DNA of 32,038 bases, taken from positions 1 through 32,038 of IMG/VR virus record IMGVR_UViG_3300049173_000143. One strand, written 5' to 3'. The notes under the pieces were generated by a model, which had not been told where the DNA came from, did no database searches, and saw nothing but the letters and a program-made list of their open reading frames with translations. A program made the position numbers and the translations under genes. Positions within the stretch are counted from its first letter, which is position 1, and every line of letters begins with the position of its first letter. Of the stretch, positions 1 to 6,491 are shown piece after piece. This DNA is from a virus (lineage: Duplodnaviria; Caudoviricetes).

Positions 1-2286
1 CTGCTGCTGGGCGGCCATGTTGGGCGGGGGGAGGTCCGGTGCGACCGCGCCCGGCGCGGCAGCCAGCGCCGCGGCTTCTGGCGGCACGGCCAAGTCGTCG
101 AGGCCCGCTGCCTGGGTGATCGCATCGGCGGCCTGCACCACATGCGGCACCGTGGTCACGACGTGCGCCGTATCGACTGCCATACCCATGGCGGACACGC
201 GCTTCAGCACGGCTTCGACGGTCTTGAGCGTCGTCTCGGCTTCGGTCTTGCTGGCCGTGGCCTGCTTGAGCTTCAACTCGGCCTCGCCCAGCAGTTCGAC
301 CAGCGCGTCGGCCTTTTCCTGCTTCTTGGCGGCCTGAATCTCCTGCGCTTCTTCCGCGGGCGTTGGTTTCTTCGTGGGGTCGCGCTGGCCGTTCAGCTTG
401 CGGATGCGGGTCACCCACTCTTCCTTGTCCTTGATGTCGGCGCTCTCCACCACCAGGTCGAGCACGGACAGCACCACCTGCGGCGCAAACGTGGCGATCT
501 GGCCCAGCAGCGCGAACATCTGCTCAAGCGCGGCCTGCGCAAGGTTGCTGCGGTAGTCCTGGGTGTCCACCTCGAAATCGGCCTGGCGCTGGGTGATGTC
601 GTTCTTGAACTCGCCGGTCTCTGGGTCGAATTCGTTGATGACCGCCCATTCGATGGGCTTGCGGCCGCCGACGATGCGAACCGCCTTGCGGCCCGTCCAG
701 AATTGCTCCATGTGGCTCAGCCGGAGCTTGCCGGCCTGCTTGACGGCCAGCAGATAGTTGTCGAAGAGGTCGGAGGTGGTGAGCGAGCCTTGGTCCTGCT
801 TGGCCAGGATCGCCTTGCCGCTCTGCGCCGAGGTGTCTTGCCCGAGGTTCTCGTTCGTGACGCCGCCGATGTTGCGCATGATCTGTGTGTTCTCGCGCGC
901 CAGTTCGAGGTTGCCCTGGAAGTCCATGACGTGCTGCTCGAACTTCAAATCTGTGCCCTTGCGCTTGATAAGGACCCCATCGGGCCGCGCCGCCTCGCGG
1001 CGGACCATGTCAACGTCGGTGTCGGCGGGTAGCGCCTCCTCGTCCATCACGATCCGGTTGACCGAAAGGGCCCACAGCGCTTTGCTACGGCGCTTGTTGG
1101 TGTCGTCGCTCAGGTCGCGCATGCCGCGCCAAACACCGTAGGCCATGCCGTCCCGCGCGCGGCGGTAGGCAAAGAGCGGGGTCAGCAGGAACTGCCCATG
1201 CCGATACGGGCTCGGGCCGTCCCAGAACCAGAAATCCGGCGTCGCCAACATCACGCGCATGCGCATGCGCACAGCGTCGCGCAGCACGGCGCCCTCGCGC
1301 TTCACGGCATAGACCATGCGCGGGTCGGCCTCGCTGTAGATCTTGCCGTCGAACATGCCGCCCACGAACACCTGCACGTCTTCGGGCACCCGGTACCAGC
1401 ACTCGATCAGGTCGACGCTCAGCCTGCGGCCGCTGTCGTAGTACCCATTCGATTGCATGAACGCAGAGCGCTCGTCGAAACTGGTCGCACGGCGCCACGA
1501 ACCGCCCACATCGCTGGCGCCGGTCAGCTTCTGGCCCAGGTACCACGGTGCATCCTGCTCGTCAGGCTCCTCGCCATTGCGGTAGGCCTCGTTGCGCAGC
1601 AGGTGCACGCGGTCCCTGGCCACGTTCTTCAGCAGCGCCTGCGCGTAATCGAGGTCGAGCCGCTTCTTGCGGAACAGGTAGCGAGAGTCGCGCTGCAGCA
1701 GGTCGCGTCCGCGGCTGTCCCGCAGGACGTTGCGCCAGTCCTCCGACCCGGAGTAGATGATCTCCTCCTCGGGATTGGGGTTGATGCCCTCCTCCAGCCA
1801 CGACAGCCCGGCCGTAGCCATCTGCTTGAACGCCTTGGACCGATGCCACTGCGTCATGTTCACGTCGTCGGTGTACTTGATGAGCTTCGTCTTGAGCTCG
1901 GCACCGGCCTCGTCGTCGGGCTCGCGCGGCAGCACCTTGTAGTCCTTGCGCATGCGCTTCTCGGTGCCCGAGATCCATTCGATGGTCTGGCGCCCCTCAT
2001 TGAAGACCAGCGGCGCCTGCCCGCGCTCCATCAGCACGGCAGCGTCTTCGGGCCGCCATTGCAGGTGGTCGTTGTAGTCCTCGTCGATCGCCATTTGGTA
2101 GCGCTCCTCGGCCTGGCGCTCGCCCTCGTCGTTGAGGATGTCGATCAGCGTGCGGTGCCGTCGCGCGGTGTCGGCGTCGTCTTCGCCCTTGGCATCCGGC
2201 ATGGTGCCGTCCATGACTTCGGTGCTCGGACGATCGACGCGCGCCAGCTCTTCCGGGGTCTTCTTCGGCTCGCGGAGTTCAAACAT
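1..2286 (-). CDS. Phage portal protein, P22-like; 3' end truncated by the window edge
   Basis: Missing from the ORF track because no stop falls inside the window. Hand translation from ATG 2286 (TGATG overlap, GGAGG upstream) gives MFELREPKK...MAIDEDYNDHLQWRPEDAAVLMERGQAPLVFNEGRQTIEWISGTEKRMRKDYKVLPRE..., a P22-type portal N-terminal pattern. It lies downstream of terL. Confidence 0.88.
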   Translation of the reverse strand, partial: MFELREPKKTPEELARVDRPSTEVMDGTMPDAKGEDDADTARRHRTLIDILNDEGERQAEERYQMAIDEDYNDHLQWRPEDAAVLMERGQAPLVFNEGRQTIEWISGTEKRMRKDYKVLPREPDDEAGAELKTKLIKYTDDVNMTQWHRSKAFKQMATAGLSWLEEGINPNPEEEIIYSGSEDWRNVLRDSRGRDLLQRDSRYLFRKKRLDLDYAQALLKNVARDRVHLLRNEAYRNGEEPDEQDAPWYLGQKLTGASDVGGSWRRATSFDERSAFMQSNGYYDSGRRLSVDLIECWYRVPEDVQVFVGGMFDGKIYSEADPRMVYAVKREGAVLRDAVRMRMRVMLATPDFWFWDGPSPYRHGQFLLTPLFAYRRARDGMAYGVWRGMRDLSDDTNKRRSKALWALSVNRIVMDEEALPADTDVDMVRREAARPDGVLIKRKGTDLKFEQHVMDFQGNLELARENTQIMRNIGGVTNENLGQDTSAQSGKAILAKQDQGSLTTSDLFDNYLLAVKQAGKLRLSHMEQFWTGRKAVRIVGGRKPIEWAVINEFDPETGEFKNDITQRQADFEVDTQDYRSNLAQAALEQMFALLGQIATFAPQVVLSVLDLVVESADIKDKEEWVTRIRKLNGQRDPTKKPTPAEEAQEIQAAKKQEKADALVELLGEAELKLKQATASKTEAETTLKTVEAVLKRVSAMGMAVDTAHVVTTVPHVVQAADAITQAAGLDDLAVPPEAAALAAAPGAVAPDLPPPNMAAQQQ

Positions 2287-2777
2287 CAGCGCACCTCCTG
2301 ATGGATGACCTTGCCGTTCACGCGCACGGTCGCTTCGATCCCTTCGACGGCGCGCGCGACCTCCAAGGACTGGGGCTGCTCACTCGGCATCTTGATGAGG
2401 TCCGGCATGGCCTCCAGCACCAGGTCGAACACGCGGTGATGGGCGAAGCGGTCGTTGCGGTCGAAGCCCAGCTCGGCCACCGCGGCTTCGATGCAGGCGA
2501 GGAACGCGCGCGGGACGCCCGTGCCCTTCGAGTTCGCGTACTTGAAGGCATTGACCTGCGGGATGACGTAGGAGCCCGTCTCCACGCGGCGGTGCGCATG
2601 GAAGATGCACATGCAGGGCACCGGCCCGCTCTCTTCGAACCGTGGATCGCGCGCTTGCACGTCGATCCATTGCAGCGAGGCAATGATGTCGCCCTTGCGA
2701 AACTGGCGCCATGCGCGATCGCCGCCCAGCGTCACGAAAGACAGGCCCTGCGGCCCGAGGATGGTGGTGTTGCTCAC
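2286..2777 (-). CDS. Hypothetical phage protein (163 aa) between terL and portal
   Basis: GTG at 2777 with GGGAG upstream; C-terminal part of track ORF 2286..3212; its stop overlaps the portal ATG. Confidence 0.75.
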   Translation of the reverse strand: MSNTTILGPQGLSFVTLGGDRAWRQFRKGDIIASLQWIDVQARDPRFEESGPVPCMCIFHAHRRVETGSYVIPQVNAFKYANSKGTGVPRAFLACIEAAVAELGFDRNDRFAHHRVFDLVLEAMPDLIKMPSEQPQSLEVARAVEGIEATVRVNGKVIHQEVR

Positions 2778-2999
2778 GTCGTTGGCTCCCTGTTGGGTTG
2801 GATGAGTTGGCTGAAGGCGACGCACCACGGCTTTTCGGCCGGTGCGCAGTCGATGTCGGCCACGGCCGCGGCGATCAGGTCGGCAGCGCCAGCGGTGAGC
2901 AGCGGTTTCGACGGGTCGAAGGCATCGCCGGCGCACCAGGTACTCGCGCTGGACCTCGTGCACGCGGATCTGCGCCTCGATGCTGGCCAGCGTGGTCAT
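2774..2999 (-). pseudogene. Small gene with an apparent frameshift near 2930-2940 (alternatively an N-terminal extension of the next gene)
   Basis: ATG 2999 overlaps the terL stop (MTTLASIEAQIRVHEVQREYLV). Coding-like sequence continues in another frame (AGDAFDPSKPLLTAGAADLIAAAVADIDCAPAEKPW...) and ends at TGA 2776-2774, overlapping the next GTG. Confidence 0.5.
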
Positions 3000-4561
3000 G
3001 CGGTTCTCCAGTTGGTGGAGGCCTGCTTGGCAGGCGTGGTGATGCGCGCGGGCCGGAAGCCCTGGGCGTATTGGCGGTAGGCGTCTGCGCCTTCGCTGTG
3101 CTCGTCGTGCCGCGGCTTCTGCTTCCACGTGCCGCGCGCCTCGTCCCACTCCTTGCGGTAGTTCTGCAGGTGGATGAGGCCTTCCTTGCAGCCCGCCTCG
3201 TCGAAGGTGCAATTGCTGAAGGCGGCGCGCGTGAGCTGGATGCCGTGATTGATGTCCTCAACCCTCGGCACCACTTCCCAGCTGCCGCCGAGCTTGGACT
3301 TGCGCAGCGTGTCGACCGGCGCCTCGGTCGTGTCGCCCTGCTGGCGCTCGTGCTCAGCGTCATGCGGAAGGTGGTGCGTGCCCCAGATGTAGCCGCGCGA
3401 CTGCAGTTCGCCGATGTAGAAGCTGTAGGCCTCGCCCCAGTTCTCGATGTACTCAATGAAGCGGTGCTCCCCGCCGATCTGCTGCATGAGCCAGATGCCG
3501 GTGCCGTCGCTGTTCCCGATGTCCCAGAACGTGTGGACCGGGATGCCTTCCTTGTGCGGGAAGAAGCCGATGCGCTTCTGCTTGCGGGCTCGGGCCAGCT
3601 GCTTGGAGTAGTAGGCGCCCTCGGTGGACACCTTGAACGCCTCCTCGACGGTCGAGGGGTACTCCTGCCACATCTTCTCCTCGTCGCCGCTGAAGTCGGC
3701 GTCGCGCGTGGCGATGTACCAGTTGCGCTGCTGGCGGGTCAGCTTCTTGCCGATCACCGCTTCGATCTCTTCGAAGTACTCGGCGTCATCCTTCGTCTCG
3801 CGCTGGTCCTGCGTGAGCACGTACTCGGGCTCTTCGTGCCAGGGGAAGAAGCTCAGGCGGAAGTCGCGCTCGTTGAGCGGCTTACCCTTCTGCTCGTTCT
3901 CCAGGGCCTTCGTGACGATCTTGTAGAACTCGCCGGACTGCCCTTCGGCGGTGCTCTCCACGATGATCATGCCGCTGCCCATCGGCACGGCCGGGAACGA
4001 GCCGGTCACGATTTCCGTGGCCTTGTGGGGAAACTTGGCGCCGATCTTCCCCATCTCGCTGATGTGCAGGCGGTGCACGGTGCCGGAGCGCGCCGAGTTC
4101 GTGATCTCGAAGCTCGAGTTGTTCTCGAACACGATCTGCGTCTTGCTGCGCTCGGTGAACGGCATGCGCTCGCGGATCTCGTCGGGTAGCCGGTCGTAGG
4201 CGAACGCGACCTTGTCGCGGAAGAGTGCCGTCGCCTTCGGGATGTCCTGGGCCACCATCACGCAGCGCTGGTTCGGCACAAAGAGCGCGTGGTCGAGGAA
4301 CATGATGCAGACCAGCGTCGTAAACCCCAGCTGCCGGGCCTTCAGGATGACGTTCCGGTGCCACAGGCGCGCGAGCTGGCGGCGCTGGGCCCGGTTGGGC
4401 TTGAACGGCACCACGTTCGTGGTGTCTTCGCCGTCGTCGCCCGGCGCCTTGGTCATGATCTTGTAGAGGTAGCCCGAGCACAGCCGCCACATCGGATCGG
4501 CGAGGCACGCCTCCAGCTCCAGCGGGTTCGACGGTATGAAGTCGTGCGGGAAGCTCTTCAT
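2996..4561 (-). CDS. terL: Terminase large subunit (521 aa)
   Basis: Walker A ILKARQLGFTT, Walker B LHISEMG, coupling motif ESTAEG, nuclease motifs FWDIGNSDGT and HSEGADAYR; ATGA overlap with terS. Confidence 0.95.
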   Translation of the reverse strand: MKSFPHDFIPSNPLELEACLADPMWRLCSGYLYKIMTKAPGDDGEDTTNVVPFKPNRAQRRQLARLWHRNVILKARQLGFTTLVCIMFLDHALFVPNQRCVMVAQDIPKATALFRDKVAFAYDRLPDEIRERMPFTERSKTQIVFENNSSFEITNSARSGTVHRLHISEMGKIGAKFPHKATEIVTGSFPAVPMGSGMIIVESTAEGQSGEFYKIVTKALENEQKGKPLNERDFRLSFFPWHEEPEYVLTQDQRETKDDAEYFEEIEAVIGKKLTRQQRNWYIATRDADFSGDEEKMWQEYPSTVEEAFKVSTEGAYYSKQLARARKQKRIGFFPHKEGIPVHTFWDIGNSDGTGIWLMQQIGGEHRFIEYIENWGEAYSFYIGELQSRGYIWGTHHLPHDAEHERQQGDTTEAPVDTLRKSKLGGSWEVVPRVEDINHGIQLTRAAFSNCTFDEAGCKEGLIHLQNYRKEWDEARGTWKQKPRHDEHSEGADAYRQYAQGFRPARITTPAKQASTNWRTA

Positions 4562-5571
4562 GCCCCGCTTCCTTCGGTCGGATTCGCCACGATGGGCAGC
4601 GCAGCCTTGGGCCCGCTGATCGCCGTGAGCAGCGCGGTGAGCGGGTCGTCCTGCTTCTTCTGGCGGTTGTCGGCCTCGTACAGGCCCAGGTACTTCGCGA
4701 GCTTGTCGATCGCGTCGACCTTGCTGTGCATCTTGACCTCGATGCCGTCTTTCGACTCCTTCACGCCGGCGTACAAGCGCGCGGCATCGACCGACAGCAG
4801 CCGCGTGTCCTTGAGGATCGTGTGACCCACGCCGCGGCCGCCGCATTCCGGGCAGTTCTCGTGCGGCTCGCGCTTCTGGTCGTAGCCGGGCCCGCCTTCC
4901 GGGTCCCAGTCCTGTGCCTCGCCGTCGACCTTGCTCTTGCGCAAGCGCCGCGGCAGCTGGCCACGGTCTTCGAAGGCCGCCAGGTCACGGTCGTACTCGG
5001 CCTGCGTGCGGTGATACCGATGGTCGAGACCATGGCAATACCGGCACGCACCGACGTAGTACTCCACCAGGTCGCGCGGATCTGCCCGCACGATCGACAG
5101 CAGCTCGCGCACGAGCTCCTCGGTGGTCGCGCCGGTGCGCTTCTGCAGTTCGTCGCGCTCCAGTGCGATTTGGGCCTGAATTTCAGGCTTTTTCAGGAGT
5201 TTCCACCCTTCGGTACCGGCCGTCCTCTCGTTCAGGCACGCCGTCGCCCGCATGTAGGCGCGAGTGGCGTTCTGGTCGAGCACGTACTCACGGCAGAAGC
5301 GCAGCTCACGGTCGGTGAGAGGCTTCGGCGCCGGTGGTGCGGGTGGGGGTGCCGGCTCTACAGCCGGAGGATTCTGGGACGCCAGCGTGTCAGCACGGCG
5401 GAATGCCGTTGCCGGCGGGAGGGATGATGTTGCCCGCGTCTTTGCGGTTGGGGACTTCGTGCGGCCTGCTGCCACCTTTGCAGCGGCACCTGCCTTCGGC
5501 ACGGGCGCGGAGGCCTTCGCCTTCGTGGCCTTGGTAGGTGCTGCAACGGTCTGCGACTTCGGCTTCGTCAT
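4558..5571 (-). CDS. terS: Terminase small subunit with Zn-finger insertion and Ala/Lys/Pro-rich N-terminal extension
   Basis: LTDRELRFCREYVLDQNATRAY...GWKLLKKPEIQAQI HTH; CRYCHG...CPECGGRG; C-terminal EVKMHSKVDAIDKLAKYLGLY; directly upstream of terL. Start codon uncertain. Confidence 0.9.
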   Translation of the reverse strand: MTKPKSQTVAAPTKATKAKASAPVPKAGAAAKVAAGRTKSPTAKTRATSSLPPATAFRRADTLASQNPPAVEPAPPPAPPAPKPLTDRELRFCREYVLDQNATRAYMRATACLNERTAGTEGWKLLKKPEIQAQIALERDELQKRTGATTEELVRELLSIVRADPRDLVEYYVGACRYCHGLDHRYHRTQAEYDRDLAAFEDRGQLPRRLRKSKVDGEAQDWDPEGGPGYDQKREPHENCPECGGRGVGHTILKDTRLLSVDAARLYAGVKESKDGIEVKMHSKVDAIDKLAKYLGLYEADNRQKKQDDPLTALLTAISGPKAALPIVANPTEGSGA

Positions 5572-5572
5572 G

Positions 5573-5602
5573 AAAAAACCCGGTGGGGGTTGCCCACCGG
5601 GT
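5573..5602 (-). terminator. Intrinsic terminator immediately before the terS ATG
   Basis: ACCCGGTGGG-CAACC-CCCACCGGGT stem-loop running into a U6 tract, then C-ATG. Confidence 0.8.
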
Positions 5603-5667
5603 GAAGCGCGAAGGTCGTTCGCGCGGAGACAACAGGCACCGCTGGCCCCATGCGCAGCGGTAGGGAC

Positions 5668-5705
5668 ATTCAACGGGGTGCACAGTGGGGTTTCAAGGGG
5701 ATTGC
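5668..5705 (-). promoter_or_regulatory. Promoter-like motif copy 1 (GCAATCCCCTTG-N18-CGTTGAAT)
   Basis: Blocks and spacing identical to copy 2; reads as TTGAAA-17-TTGAAT. Confidence 0.6.
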
Positions 5706-5728
5706 GATTCGCGTGTCCCTTAACGACA

Positions 5729-6129
5729 AACGGCCCCTAGGGGTCCGTTGCATGGAGTGCGCGCATCAGGCGCTGACCTCACAACACCGCGACTGCAGGC
5801 GGTCGATGGTCAGCCTGGGCAGAGGGAGGAGTACCCGAAGCTCGGCCGCCTGCAGCGCGTGTCCCTGCCCTGGCGCAGGATGGGCAGATCAACATCTGCC
5901 TCCGGCGGCTCGCTCAGACCTGCGCCGTGCAGTTGAAAGTCACTCCGCCATTTAGCCCTGGCGGACCGCGCTGAAGTCGCGGTATGACGGGCTGCAAACA
6001 AAAGCGGGGCGCCAGGCGCAGGCGGATGCAACAAATTGCCTCGGCCGTAGCTACCCTGCGCAGCGCTACGACACCATGCCTTCTGGCCCGTGCTCGAATC
6101 ACGGTTGAGCCCCTTCCGGGAGGTGTGTC
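5729..6129 (-). ncRNA. Candidate multi-domain structured ncRNA downstream of the tRNA-like element
   Basis: Six adjacent folded domains with stems of about 3-10 bp, multiway junctions and pseudoknot-type pairings; no credible CDS. Confidence 0.5.
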
Positions 6130-6203
6130 TGGTTGCGGGGGAGGCGCTTGCATCCGACGGTCGGGTTATGAGCCCGGTGCTCTGCTGTCTGAGCTACCCC
6201 GCA
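6130..6203 (-). tRNA. Degenerate tRNA-Met(CAT), initiator-like, with encoded CCA (tRNA-like RNA or pseudo-tRNA)
   Basis: TGCGGGG TA GCTC AGACAGCA GAGC A CCGGG CTCATAA CCCGA CCGTCGGATGCAAGCGCCTC CCCCGCA A CCA. Acceptor, D and anticodon stems pair; the T-arm is non-canonical. Confidence 0.78.
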
Positions 6204-6211
6204 ATGCAGGT

Positions 6212-6249
6212 ATTCAACGCGGGGCCACCATGACACGCAAGGGGATTGC
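6212..6249 (-). promoter_or_regulatory. Promoter-like motif copy 2, placed to start transcription just upstream of the tRNA-like RNA
   Basis: GCAATCCCC-TTGCGT-17-TTGAAT, ending 8 nt before the tRNA 5' end. Confidence 0.6.
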
Positions 6250-6442
6250 TAGTCGGGCCCCATGCGGACCGCCGTTGCTCGGCCGATCGAAGGTTTGGCC
6301 TTCCTTCCATGTCCCGCGTGACTCCGGCAGCCGTCCGCCGGGGCTGCCTACGACGACGCACCGACGAACTGCTCGAAGCGGTGTTGGGCATTAAGGGCGT
6401 TAATACAAGTGGCACACGGCGGTTGTAAAACAATGTAATACG

Positions 6443-6491
6443 TTGCCCAAGTAGCTGTGTTACTTGACCAAGTAAGCCTTACACTGGCGCC
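6443..6491 (+). promoter_or_regulatory. Operator-like palindrome and probable leaderless promoter of the ATPase
   Basis: TTACTTG-AC-CAAGTAA (6460-6475), related TTGCCCAAGTA (6443-6453), and -10-like TACACT (6480-6485) 6 nt before the ATG with no SD. Confidence 0.45.

Noticed and set aside
2286-3212. 308-aa ORF as listed in the track
   Set aside because: Its 5' part overlaps terL out of frame; the plausible starts are 2999 and 2777.
6016-6129. HDV-like (theta) ribozyme 3' of the tRNA
   Set aside because: The position fits, but I could not find the P3/L3 element or J4/2 catalytic context. Hammerhead and pistol cores were also not evident. A covariance-model search would settle it.
6130-6203. 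tRNA as an integration (att) site
   Set aside because: It is internal to the phage and far from int, with no duplicated 3' fragment seen. The att site is expected beyond position 32038.
5668-6249. CRISPR-like array suggested by the repeated motif
   Set aside because: Only two copies 544 bp apart, no regular repeat-spacer period, and no cas genes.
5572-6400. Short ORFs across the non-coding region (e.g. 5650-5955, 5984-6394, 6194-6433)
   Set aside because: No convincing SD or codon bias, Arg/Cys/Pro-rich random-like translations, and some overlap the tRNA-like element.
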